Assembly (NCBI GenBank): GCA_040752335.1 | Contig: JBFMEV010000001.1 | Location: forward strand, 31,245 to 95,244 | From: Chloroflexota bacterium | GTDB taxonomy: Bacteria; Chloroflexota; Limnocylindria; Limnocylindrales; CSP1-4 | Length of the DNA: 64,000 nt | Direction: 5' to 3' | Program-made: the position numbers and the translations under genes | Notes under the pieces: generated by a model | The model's input: the letters and a program-made list of their open reading frames with translations, nothing else | What the model was told of the DNA's origin: nothing | Database searches by the model: none | Part shown: positions 34,030 to 42,801 of the stretch, one piece after another | Numbering within the stretch: position 1 is the first letter of the stretch | How the letters are laid out: every line of letters starts with the position of its first letter

Positions 34030-34980
34030 ATGCGCCCACGATTTGCGGTGGCGGCCGCGATCATCGCCCTCGTCATCGCCACGACCCCGGTCGGCGCCAT
34101 CACCAAGGGCGGCGGCGATGACGGCGGCGAACACCCGATGGTCGGCCAGCTCCTGTTCTACGTCCCCGACGTCCCGACCAGCCTGTACCCGGATCCGGGC
34201 GGCTGGTTCAGCTGCTCCGGAACCCTGGTCAGCGCGACGGTCGTCGTGACCGCCGGTCATTGCACCTTCGCCGTCGGCCTCGACAGCGTCTCGACGACGA
34301 CCGAGGAGAACCGCTTCACCGCCGAGGACGGCAACGGCTCGGGCGGCAACGACATGTGGTTCAGCCTGACCCACGACGGCAGCCAGTGGGATGGCTGGCC
34401 GCTCACGTTCAACGCCGACGGGAGCCTCGCCTTCCCGACCCAGGCCGCCCGGTATGCGGCCCGGAGCGCCTTCCTCAACGGCGACTCGGACTGGGTCCGG
34501 GCGACGTCCCACCCGCATCCCGAGTACAACGACCTGGCCTTCTACTTCCACGACGCCGGCGTCATCGTCCTCGACGAGCCGCAGAGCGGGCCGTACGCCA
34601 CGGTGGCCGGGGCGGGCTACCTCGAGCGGTACGCGGGCGCCCGTAACGAGCACCGTTTCGAGGTGGTCGGCTACGGCCTGGAGCGGGCGCACCCGGTCTT
34701 CGAGTTCGGTGGCGACACCCGGATGAAGGCCGAGCCCAAGCTCAACAACCTCGTCTCGAACCCCAAGGACACCTACATCATCCTGTCGAACAACGCCCAC
34801 ACCGGCGGCACCTGCTTCGGTGATTCCGGGGGCCCGACGTTCGATACCACGAGCACCACGCTCCTCGTGGCCGTGACGTCCTTCGGCTTCAGCCCCAACT
34901 GCACCGGCGTCGGCGGGGCCTACCGCCTGGACCAGGCCGACGACCTGGCGTTCCTCGCCGACTTCGGCATCACGCCGTAG
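34030..34980 (+). CDS. secreted trypsin-like (S1) serine protease
   Basis: The signal peptide is MRPRFAVAAAIIALVIATTPVGA. The sequence contains the catalytic His TAGHC, DAGVIVLD and the catalytic Ser GDSGGP. A GGAGG lies 6 nt upstream of ATG 34030. Confidence 0.85.
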   Translation: MRPRFAVAAAIIALVIATTPVGAITKGGGDDGGEHPMVGQLLFYVPDVPTSLYPDPGGWFSCSGTLVSATVVVTAGHCTFAVGLDSVSTTTEENRFTAEDGNGSGGNDMWFSLTHDGSQWDGWPLTFNADGSLAFPTQAARYAARSAFLNGDSDWVRATSHPHPEYNDLAFYFHDAGVIVLDEPQSGPYATVAGAGYLERYAGARNEHRFEVVGYGLERAHPVFEFGGDTRMKAEPKLNNLVSNPKDTYIILSNNAHTGGTCFGDSGGPTFDTTSTTLLVAVTSFGFSPNCTGVGGAYRLDQADDLAFLADFGITP

Positions 34981-35004
34981 CGGCGCCCCGATCGTCGCGG
35001 TCCC

Positions 35005-35036
35005 GGGCCCCGTTCGCCATCCGGCGGGCGGGGCCC
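35005..35036 (+). terminator. GC hairpin after the protease stop
   Basis: The stem is gggccccg (35005-35012) paired with cggggccc (35029-35036), with a 16-nt loop, followed by ccaggttgt. This is a weak terminator. Confidence 0.3.
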
Positions 35037-35244
35037 CCAGGTTGTCTCGCAGCGAGCCGTCGTCATCCAGAGCTGGAGCGACTGTTCGTCAGTGGCGCGA
35101 GCGCCGCTCATGGCCAGGCCACGCTCGGCCGGCCGCACCGGTGTCGTCATCCAGTCGCCACGCGAATGAGCGACGACATCCCGCGTGGCGAATAGTCGCG
35201 GGGGTCATGAATGACGATCCGCGTCGGCGTCGCTCGGCCGGGCG

Positions 35245-36873
35245 TCAGGCTTGCTCGTAGCCGAGTTCGGCGAGCGCGGCCCGGGCCTCGGCGACCTCGT
35301 CCCAGGGCAAGGCGTGGTCGGCGTACAGGATCGTGGTCTCGTGGCCCTTGCCGGCCAGGAGGACGATGTCGTTGGGACGGGCCTGCTCGAAGGCGGCCCG
35401 GATCGCGGCCCGCCGGTCAGGGATGACGAGGAGGTCGCGGCCGCGGGTCTTGCCGGCGGCGGTGGCGCCGGCCGCGATCTCGGCCAGGATCGCCTCGCGG
35501 TCCTCGCCGCGGGGGTCCTCGTCCGTCAGGACGACGAGCCGGCAGTGCTTTGCGGCGATCTCGCCCATGTCGGGCCGCTTCTGCGTATCCCGCTCGCCGG
35601 CCGAGCCGAACACGGCGCAGACCTCGCCGCCCCGCTGCCTGGCGTGGCGACCCAGCTCGAAGAAGACGCTCTCGAGCGCGGCCGGCGTGTGGGCGTAGTC
35701 GACGATGACCTCGAACGGCTGGCCGGCCACGATCCGCTCCATCCGGCCCGGGATGCGGTCGACGGATTCGAGCCCGGCCCGGACGGCCGCCGGTTCCAGG
35801 CCGATGGCCTCGCCGAGGGCGATCACAGCCAGGAGATTCAGGATGTTGAAGGCGCCGTTCAGCGGCGACCGGAGCTCTCCGCGGCCCGATGGCGCGACGT
35901 ACCGGAGGCGCAGGCCACGGCCCCAGTCATCGATGGCGGCGTTCGTGGCCCGAACATCGCCCGGGAACCGGGACGGGTCCGCGCTGTACGTCAGGACTCG
36001 CGCCCCGGCGCGCCGTGTAGCCTCGACGAAGACGTCGGCCGACGGGTCCATGGCGTTGACGATCCCCGTCCGCGGCCAGCCGCGATCGGGCTTCGCCGGA
36101 TTGGCCGGTCCGACGGCGAGGCGGTCGAAGAGCGAGCGCTTCGCGTCGCGGTACGCCTCCCACGTCCCGTGGAGCTCGAGATGCTCGCGGGTGACGTTGG
36201 TCAGGATCGCGACGTCGTAGCGCACGCCGGCGACCCGCTCGAGGGCCAGGCCGTGCGAAGTCGTCTCGACGATCGCCGCCCGATCGCCCGCGGTGACCAT
36301 CGCCCGCAGGATCGCCTGGAGCCGCGGGGCCTCGGGGGTCGTGGCGTGCTCGGGGTTTGACTCCCGGACGTCGCCGATCTCGAGAGCAGCAGTGCCGAGC
36401 ATCCCGGCCGGCAGACCGGCGGCCTCGAGGGCCGCGGCGGCGAGGAAGCTCGTCGTCGTCTTGCCGTCCGTGCCGGTGATCCCGACGACCCCGAGCTCGG
36501 CCGAGGGATCGCCGTACCACCAGGCCGCGGCACTGGCCAGGGCGGCCCGCGACCGACCCACGACGAGCTGCGGGATCCGCGCCTCGACTGCGTGCTCCAC
36601 GATCGCCGCGACGGCGCCCGCCGCCGCCGCCGCGGCCACGAAGTCGTGGCCGTCGGCATGCTCGCCGGGCACCGCGATGAACAGCGCCCCCGGCCGGACC
36701 CTTCGGGAATCGAAGGCCACGCCGGCGACAGCGATGCCCGTGACATCGGCGATGGCCGCGGCCTCGCCCGGACCGGCCAGCAGTCCCTCGGTGCGGAGGC
36801 GGACGACAAGGCCGTCCAGCGGACGCGGCTCGCGCGGCTCGGACGCGGCGATGAGCCCGGCGATCGTCGTCAC
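35245..36873 (-). CDS. murE: UDP-N-acetylmuramoyl-L-alanyl-D-glutamate--diamino-acid ligase
   Basis: The sequence contains DSRRVRPGALFIAVPGEHADGHDF, GITGTDGKTTT, ETTSHGL and LTNVTREHLELHG. Its C-terminal TDEDPRGED sits where the meso-DAP-type enzymes carry DNPR. Confidence 0.9.
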   Translation of the reverse strand: MTTIAGLIAASEPREPRPLDGLVVRLRTEGLLAGPGEAAAIADVTGIAVAGVAFDSRRVRPGALFIAVPGEHADGHDFVAAAAAAGAVAAIVEHAVEARIPQLVVGRSRAALASAAAWWYGDPSAELGVVGITGTDGKTTTSFLAAAALEAAGLPAGMLGTAALEIGDVRESNPEHATTPEAPRLQAILRAMVTAGDRAAIVETTSHGLALERVAGVRYDVAILTNVTREHLELHGTWEAYRDAKRSLFDRLAVGPANPAKPDRGWPRTGIVNAMDPSADVFVEATRRAGARVLTYSADPSRFPGDVRATNAAIDDWGRGLRLRYVAPSGRGELRSPLNGAFNILNLLAVIALGEAIGLEPAAVRAGLESVDRIPGRMERIVAGQPFEVIVDYAHTPAALESVFFELGRHARQRGGEVCAVFGSAGERDTQKRPDMGEIAAKHCRLVVLTDEDPRGEDREAILAEIAAGATAAGKTRGRDLLVIPDRRAAIRAAFEQARPNDIVLLAGKGHETTILYADHALPWDEVAEARAALAELGYEQA

Positions 36874-36907
36874 CCGGCAACCTCACGTGCCTGCAGGACC
36901 GAGACCA

Positions 36908-38041
36908 TCATCGCCTCCGTGGCGCTCGCCACGTACGCACACCGGGGAGGAGACGCCGGAGCCGGTCCGCCTCCACGATCGACCGGCCCCGGAGACCCCG
37001 GCCGATCACCGCGCTCTCCATCGTCCGTGGGGCTGCATGCCAGAACGACTCCTTGTAGCCGCCCGCCCACAGGAGGTCGTATGTCCGGCAGCCGCGCTCG
37101 ATCGCGGCGCCGATGGACCGATGGAAGAGCTGCTTCCCGAGCGACATCCGCAGGGTGTCCGGCGCTCGGCTCACGCCGATGATCAGCGCGACGGCTCGCC
37201 GGTTCAGGAACGTCGTCGCGAGACAGGCCCGGATCCCGTGGTCATCGCGCGCGAGATCGAGGACGGCAGAACCGTGTGCGAGCATCGATTCGAGGGCTTC
37301 CACGAGGAACGGCTCGAAGGCGGGATCGGGCGCAAAGTCGAGCTCCGCGGCACCCCACCGCTCGGCCATCAGGCGCCTGATCGCGGCAACTGCCTCGACC
37401 GCGGCCGCCGGGTCGGAGGTCTGCCCGAAGCGACCCCCGGCACGCTCGAAGCGGCGCGCCTCGGTCCGAAGGTTGTGCCGCGCCTTGGGGCCGAGCTGGG
37501 CGCCATGGCCGGCCTGATCCTCAGGAAGCTCGAGGACGTACGCCGTCGAGCGAACGATGCCGGTGAGGCTCGCGGCGCTCCATCCAGCGTCGTCTGCCAG
37601 GAAGCGCATCTGCTCGACGAGGTCGGAGCCTGGCGGCAGCCGCAACAGATTGAGGATGTCCCAGCGCGGGTGACCCCGCCCCAGCCAGTCGCCGAGGCCG
37701 TCCACCACGGCGTCCCGGTGCTCGTCGGTGGCGACGACATCGGCCATCCCCCGGACCGCCGGGCCGCGGCTGCCCCACAGGCCCAGCTCGGTCCGCCGGA
37801 CGAGCCGGCCCGCCCTCCGGACCACGAGCGGCGCAACACCGACGACCCGATCCTCATCACGCCACACGAGCAGGCGCGGCCTGGCGTCGTTGGCGTAGTG
37901 GCGATACCAGGGACGGAGCCAGTCCGGCGAGTCGAACGGCGAGTGCGCATGCTCGGCCGCGAACCCGCGCCAGGTCGGCTCGAAGGCATCGATCGCCGCC
38001 TCGTCGACCAGCACCATCGGCGCGGCCAGGGCGCGCCTCAT
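36908..38041 (-). CDS. GNAT/Fem-fold acyltransferase (BioF2-like / CelD-like Acetyltransf_6 type)
   Basis: The sequence reads MRRALAAPMVLVDEAAIDAFEPTWRGFA..SPFDSPDWLRPWY..LGPKARHNLRTEARRFERAG..YDLLWAGGYKESF. Its ATG overlaps the stop of the upstream Fem gene (ATGA). Confidence 0.7.
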   Translation of the reverse strand: MRRALAAPMVLVDEAAIDAFEPTWRGFAAEHAHSPFDSPDWLRPWYRHYANDARPRLLVWRDEDRVVGVAPLVVRRAGRLVRRTELGLWGSRGPAVRGMADVVATDEHRDAVVDGLGDWLGRGHPRWDILNLLRLPPGSDLVEQMRFLADDAGWSAASLTGIVRSTAYVLELPEDQAGHGAQLGPKARHNLRTEARRFERAGGRFGQTSDPAAAVEAVAAIRRLMAERWGAAELDFAPDPAFEPFLVEALESMLAHGSAVLDLARDDHGIRACLATTFLNRRAVALIIGVSRAPDTLRMSLGKQLFHRSIGAAIERGCRTYDLLWAGGYKESFWHAAPRTMESAVIGRGLRGRSIVEADRLRRLLPGVRTWRAPRRR

Positions 38042-39147
38042 CGAGGCGCCCGCCCGACGAGCCGCGTTCCTCGCGAGATGAGCCGTCCGGCAGCGTAGCG
38101 ACGCGGCCGGCTCACCCTCTCGTGGGCGCCGCTGAGCTCGACCCAGGTCGCCCCGAACGAGCGCTTGTGCTCGTAGAGGCCGTACATCGGCTCGCCCTCG
38201 ACCGGGGGTCGGCGCGCCCCCGGGACGTCGACACCCCCGAGGTCCATCTCGGCGCAACCTTCGCGGATCGCGAGCTGGATGGCCCGCCAGCGGAGGATGT
38301 GGAGCGACCCAGGGTGTTCGCGACGGGCTGCCGCGTGGTCGCCCGAATGGACGGTGCTGAGGCGCCCGCCGTGGCGGTACAGGACGAGGCCGGCCAGCGG
38401 CTCGCCGGTCGCGGTCCTGGCCTCGAGAAGAACCAGCCAGCCCGCCGCGAGCGCCGCCCGCCACCAGCCAACGAAGACGCCCCGCGGCCCGAACGTGAAC
38501 TGCCGCCGCTCGCCGGTCTCGAGGAGGAGGTCGTAGAACCGGTCGAGGGCGACGTCGGAGTCGCCCGTCGGGGCGACGAAACCCTCGCCCGGCCCGGTTT
38601 CCGCGCCGCGCGAGCGGTCGTGGCGGGTGACGATGGTGCCGGCCCGCTCGGCGGCCCGGATCCGCTGGCGGGTGGCCTTCGAGATCCCCGCCAGGACGGA
38701 CCCTTCATCCGCCCCGTGACCGAGGGCGAGGGCCAGCCGATGGCGCGACGGCTGGATCTCCTCGATCGGCCGGAAGCCGGCGGCACGGATCAGGCCCGGG
38801 TAGCCGGTTGCCGCTTCGACCTCGGCGTCGCTGGCGATGACGTCGATGTCGTGGCCGGCCAGCCAGCTGCCGAACGATGCCAGGCGCCGGGCCATCGCCG
38901 GCGCATCGCCGGCCGGGATCGGGCCGCGCGGCAGGTAGGCGCTCCCGCCGCCGATGAGCGGCCAGGGTCGCTCGAGGGCCAGGGCGGCCGAGCCGTCGGA
39001 CGCGACGAGGTGATGGGCGCGCCAACCGGCGGCGGCCCGGTGCCGAGCCCAGGCCATCGACTGGTAGACGTGCCCGCCCCAGGGTGTCACAACAAGATCG
39101 TCCCAGACCTCGAGCTCGGCGGCGGTGGCCGGGCGGACCTCCATCAT
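38038..39147 (-). CDS. FemAB-family peptidoglycan peptidyltransferase (copy 2)
   Basis: The sequence contains WDDLVV..GGHVYQSMAWARHR, SKATRQRIRAAERAG and LHILRWRAIQLAIREGCAEMDLGGV..GLYEHKRSFG. Confidence 0.8.
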   Translation of the reverse strand: MMEVRPATAAELEVWDDLVVTPWGGHVYQSMAWARHRAAAGWRAHHLVASDGSAALALERPWPLIGGGSAYLPRGPIPAGDAPAMARRLASFGSWLAGHDIDVIASDAEVEAATGYPGLIRAAGFRPIEEIQPSRHRLALALGHGADEGSVLAGISKATRQRIRAAERAGTIVTRHDRSRGAETGPGEGFVAPTGDSDVALDRFYDLLLETGERRQFTFGPRGVFVGWWRAALAAGWLVLLEARTATGEPLAGLVLYRHGGRLSTVHSGDHAAARREHPGSLHILRWRAIQLAIREGCAEMDLGGVDVPGARRPPVEGEPMYGLYEHKRSFGATWVELSGAHERVSRPRRYAAGRLISRGTRLVGRAPR

Positions 39148-40241
39148 TCGTCGATCCCGTCGACCCCATCCCCACCGGTCCCCGGGGCGGTCGCGGTCCC
39201 TGAGCCCAGCCCGTGGCGGCGGCGCTCCAGCCCGGCCCGGGCGCGCTGGGCGACGTCGTAGATCGAGCGTCCGAGCCGGTCAAGGACCAGGTCCCAGGCC
39301 CCGACATAGCGGACCTCGCGCCCGCCGAAGCCGGCCTTGAAGTGGGCGATCCCCGGGCGCGCCAGGCCCCACAGGTCGTAGGTCGCCGCACCCTGCTCGC
39401 GCGAGGACCGGATCGCCTCCCACTTCAGAAGGTAGTTCGCCCGCGATTCGGCACCGGCCGCCGTCATGCCGCCATACGGCTCCACGACCCGGTCGCCGCA
39501 GCGGACCAGGAACAGTGCCGCCGCCGGTTCGCCGTCGGGGTGGCGGGCCAGGAGCAGCCGGGCCAGGCCGAGCGGCCGGTAGGCCGACCAGATGTCGCGG
39601 TAGGCGTCCTCGGACCGGATCAGGAATCTGGCCCGCCGGGCGGTCTCGCGATAGATCGCGTAGAACGTGCCGAGGGCGTCGCCGGCGTCGTTGCCGGCGT
39701 CCTCGACCGTCACTCCGCCGGCCTGGGCCCGGTTGACGTACTGCCGCCACTTCTTGCGGAGGTCGCTCCAGAGCGCGGCTTCGTCGGCCCGCAGGTCGAT
39801 GAGGCGGGTCGAGGCCGGCTGGATCGCAGGTGCCGGCCGCCACCCGGCGGCTCGCAGCGCGGCCCGCAGCGCGCCGCCGGGGTCGTGGGGACCGTCGAGC
39901 TCGAGCTCGGGGTCGATTCGGAGGTGGGAGATGCGACCGGCCGATCCAAGGGCGTCCCGCGTGGCCATCGTGAAGGCCTCGATCGAACCCGGACCCCAGC
40001 CCCTCGAGACCGGCCCGCGCGGCGCGTAAGCGAAGGCCCACGGCAGGGGACCAGGCCGGCGGAGCAGGACCTGGGCCCCGATCGGTCCGGCCGACGTCCG
40101 GGCGACGACGCGCGTCGCACGCCAGCCGTTGGCGCGCTTCACCCGGGCCCACGCCGCCAGCTGCAGATACGACCCCGGCACGGCCCCCTGGACGAACGCG
40201 TCCCAGGCGGCCTCGTCGCCGGGGACCGTGGTGCCGCTCAC
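39144..40241 (-). CDS. FemAB-family peptidoglycan peptidyltransferase (copy 1)
   Basis: The sequence contains WDAFVQGAVPGSYLQLAAWARVK, LRKKWRQYVNRAQAGG and ANYLLKWEAIRSSREQGAATYDLWGL..GIAHFKAGFGG. Its GTG overlaps the murJ stop (GTGA). Confidence 0.8.
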   Translation of the reverse strand: MSGTTVPGDEAAWDAFVQGAVPGSYLQLAAWARVKRANGWRATRVVARTSAGPIGAQVLLRRPGPLPWAFAYAPRGPVSRGWGPGSIEAFTMATRDALGSAGRISHLRIDPELELDGPHDPGGALRAALRAAGWRPAPAIQPASTRLIDLRADEAALWSDLRKKWRQYVNRAQAGGVTVEDAGNDAGDALGTFYAIYRETARRARFLIRSEDAYRDIWSAYRPLGLARLLLARHPDGEPAAALFLVRCGDRVVEPYGGMTAAGAESRANYLLKWEAIRSSREQGAATYDLWGLARPGIAHFKAGFGGREVRYVGAWDLVLDRLGRSIYDVAQRARAGLERRRHGLGSGTATAPGTGGDGVDGIDE

Positions 40242-41821
40242 GACCCGCGCCGGCGCCGAACCTGGTCGGTCACGAGCCCGACGATAGAGGGCAGCTCCGG
40301 GATCCGCAAGGCGACCGCGACGGCGAGGTACACGGCGCCCCCGGCGAGCGTCGCGACCGCCGCGCCGACGAGGATCCCGGTCTTCGACGCGCCGGGTTCC
40401 AGGAGCGGGGCGACAACGGTCGTTGCCGCCAGCCAAGTGACGATCGCGGCGGGCAGGGCCCCGACGGCGGACTCCCCGAGCACCCGGGCGATGCCGGCCA
40501 GCTCGAACGTCGGAACCCGCCGGCCCAGGGCCAGGAGGAGGAGGCCCGCCTCGATCCAGGCGGCCGTCGCGATCGCCAGCGCCAGGCCCGGCAGCCCGAG
40601 GGGCCCCACGAACGCCACCCCGAGGGCCGTGTTGATCGCGACCGCGACGACCGCGGCGGCGACCGGTGTCCGGGTGTCCTGGCGGGCGTAGAACGCCCGG
40701 GCCAGGATCGCGATCGAGGCGTGGGCCGGCAGGCCCAGCAGGAACAGCGCAAGCGTTGCGGCGGTCCGCTCGACCGCTTCGAGGTCGAACTTGCCGTAGC
40801 CGAACAGGAGCTCCACGACGGGGGCCCGGAGCGCGATCCCGAGGGCCGCGATCGGGACCATCGCGAAGACCAGCAGCCGGACCGCGCGGGTCACCATGGC
40901 GACGTAGGTCGCCGTCCCCCCGAGGGCGTGCTCGCGCGCCATCGATGGGAAGAGGACCACCCCGAGTGGCACGCCGATGACCCCGATCGGGATCTGGAGC
41001 AGGGCGAACGCGATCGTGTAGCTCGAGATCGCGCCCTCACCGAGCGACGAGGCCAGGGCGGTCATGACGATGAAGGTGACCTGTGAGGCCCCCAGGCCGA
41101 GGGCCCGCGGCGCGAGCAGGACGAGGACGCGGCGCGCGGCCGAGTCGGCGAGATCGATCCCGAGCCTCGGCCGGAAGCCCAGGCCCAGGAGCGGCGGCAG
41201 CTGGATGAGGACGTGCCCGGCGGCGCCGGCCACCACCCCCCAGGCCAGCGCGGTCACGCCCAGCGACGGCCCCAGGACGATGGCCGAGGCAATGATTCCG
41301 AGGTTGTAGAGGATCGGCGCCAGCGCCGCCGCCGTGAACCTGCCCTCGGCGTTGAGGGCGGCCGTCGCGATCGCCCCGAGCGACAGCAGGATCGGCGCGG
41401 CGAGCATGATCCGGGTCAGGTCCGTGGTCCTCGCGAGCGCCGCCTCATCGAAGCCCGGGGCGAGCCCGCGGACCAGCAACGGCGCCCCGATGAAGGCGGC
41501 CACGGCAAGGGCCGACATCGCCCCCAACAGGAGGTTGGCCAGCGTCCCAACGACCCGCCAGGCGTGGGCCCGTTCGCCCGTCGCCAGGAGCCCCGCGAGG
41601 ACCGGGATGAGGGCCGAGCCCATGGCGCCGGCGGCGACGAGCTGGAAGATCAGGTCCGGGACCCGGAACGCGGCGAAGAACGCATCGAGCTCGGCGCCCG
41701 TCCCGAAGGTCGCTCCGAGAACGACCGTTCGGACATAGCCGAGGGCCCGGGCGACGAGGAACGTCGTCGACAGGATCACCCCGGCACGGACCAGGCCCGC
41801 GCGTCGCCCGGTCGCGGTCAT
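40238..41821 (-). CDS. murJ: lipid II flippase MurJ (MviN family)
   Basis: The sequence reads ILSTTFLVARALGYVRTVVLGATFGTGAELDAFFAAFRVPDLIFQLVAAGAM, followed by about 14 TM helices. Its ATG overlaps the xerC stop (ATGA). Confidence 0.9.
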   Translation of the reverse strand: MTATGRRAGLVRAGVILSTTFLVARALGYVRTVVLGATFGTGAELDAFFAAFRVPDLIFQLVAAGAMGSALIPVLAGLLATGERAHAWRVVGTLANLLLGAMSALAVAAFIGAPLLVRGLAPGFDEAALARTTDLTRIMLAAPILLSLGAIATAALNAEGRFTAAALAPILYNLGIIASAIVLGPSLGVTALAWGVVAGAAGHVLIQLPPLLGLGFRPRLGIDLADSAARRVLVLLAPRALGLGASQVTFIVMTALASSLGEGAISSYTIAFALLQIPIGVIGVPLGVVLFPSMAREHALGGTATYVAMVTRAVRLLVFAMVPIAALGIALRAPVVELLFGYGKFDLEAVERTAATLALFLLGLPAHASIAILARAFYARQDTRTPVAAAVVAVAINTALGVAFVGPLGLPGLALAIATAAWIEAGLLLLALGRRVPTFELAGIARVLGESAVGALPAAIVTWLAATTVVAPLLEPGASKTGILVGAAVATLAGGAVYLAVAVALRIPELPSIVGLVTDQVRRRRGS

Positions 41822-42801
41822 GCCGGGTCCGGCGCCGAGCCCGCCCGGCGGGCCCGCGGGTGGGCGGAGCGGTAGGCTGATCGGAGTCGAGCCGGCGAGA
41901 CGTGGGTGTAGACCTGGGTGGTCGCCAGGCTCTCGTGGCCGAGCAGCTCCTGGACGACCCGCAGGTCGGCCCCGCCGTCGAGCAGATGGGTCGCGAACGA
42001 GTGGCGCAGGGTGTGCGGCGAGACGCCCAGGGGCAATCCCGCGGCCCGACACAGCCGGTCGATCCGGTAGCGCAGGCCGCGGACCCCGAGACCCTCGCCG
42101 TGATGGTTGAGGAACACCACCGAGGGAACCGGTCCCGACGAGGCCCGGAGCGCCAGCAGCACCGGCCGGGCCTCGTCGAGGTAGGTCACCAGCGCCCGGA
42201 TCGCCGGTCGTCCAAGCAGCCCGACCCGCTCCTTGCGACCCTTGCCCATCACCCGTATCTCGCCGCGCCGGAGGTCCAGCAGCCCGAGCTCGGCCGCGGC
42301 AAGCTCGCTGATGCGGAGGCCGGCGGCGTAGGCCGTCTCGACGATCGCTCGATCGCGGAGCGCGATCGCGGTCGCGGTCGGGGCCGCCGCGCCGCGCTCC
42401 GCCGCGGCCGCCAGCTCCGCGTCGACGGCGGCGAGGAGCCGGTCCACCTGCTCGAGCTCGAGGACCCGGGGCAGGCGTCGCGGCAGGCGCGGCGTCGAGA
42501 TCGCGCCCCACGGGTCGCCGGCCGCCAGGCCGGACCGGGCCGCGAAGCGGTGGAAGGCCCGAATCGCCGCGAGCCGCTGGGCGACCGAGCTCCGGGCGGT
42601 GGCACCGCTGAGCCTGGCGAGGTACGTCCGGAGGTGGCTCCGGGAGGGACTCCGCCAGTCGACCTCCCGCTCGACGAGCCAGGCGAGGTAGGTGCCGACG
42701 GCGGTCTCGTAGGCCCGGATCGTGTGGGGCGAGGCGTCGCGGGCGGCGAGACTGCGGAGAAAGCGCTCGAGGGCGCGCCCGGAGTGCCCCGGCGCGGTCA
42801 C
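41818..42801 (-). CDS. xerC: tyrosine site-specific recombinase XerC/XerD
   Basis: The sequence contains SPHTIRAYETAVGTYLAWL, ETAYAAGLRISEL, GKGRKERVGLLG and HTLRHSFATHLLDGGADLRVVQELLGHESLATTQVYTHV. Its GTG overlaps the topA stop. Confidence 0.9.
   Translation of the reverse strand: MTAPGHSGRALERFLRSLAARDASPHTIRAYETAVGTYLAWLVEREVDWRSPSRSHLRTYLARLSGATARSSVAQRLAAIRAFHRFAARSGLAAGDPWGAISTPRLPRRLPRVLELEQVDRLLAAVDAELAAAAERGAAAPTATAIALRDRAIVETAYAAGLRISELAAAELGLLDLRRGEIRVMGKGRKERVGLLGRPAIRALVTYLDEARPVLLALRASSGPVPSVVFLNHHGEGLGVRGLRYRIDRLCRAAGLPLGVSPHTLRHSFATHLLDGGADLRVVQELLGHESLATTQVYTHVSPARLRSAYRSAHPRARRAGSAPDPA

Noticed and set aside
30072-34121. This is a 1349-aa plus-strand ORF, the longest in the track. 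Similar giant ORFs lie at 7927..11007 (+), 43107..45953 (+), 15136..17313 (+), 19296..21149 (+) and 59928..62027 (+).
   Set aside because: All lie antisense to strongly supported minus-strand genes (hisS/relA, aminopeptidase/mltG/ruvX, topA, alaS and others). Their products are Arg/Gly/Asp/Pro/Leu-rich low-complexity strings with no motifs. Long stop-free antisense frames are an expected artefact at about 70% GC.
41818-42801. The tyrosine recombinase could be a marker of an integrated mobile element.
   Set aside because: Its sequence is XerC/XerD-like and it overlaps both topA and murJ by 4 nt. No att-like repeats, tRNA or phage or plasmid genes are nearby, so it is a housekeeping dimer-resolution recombinase.
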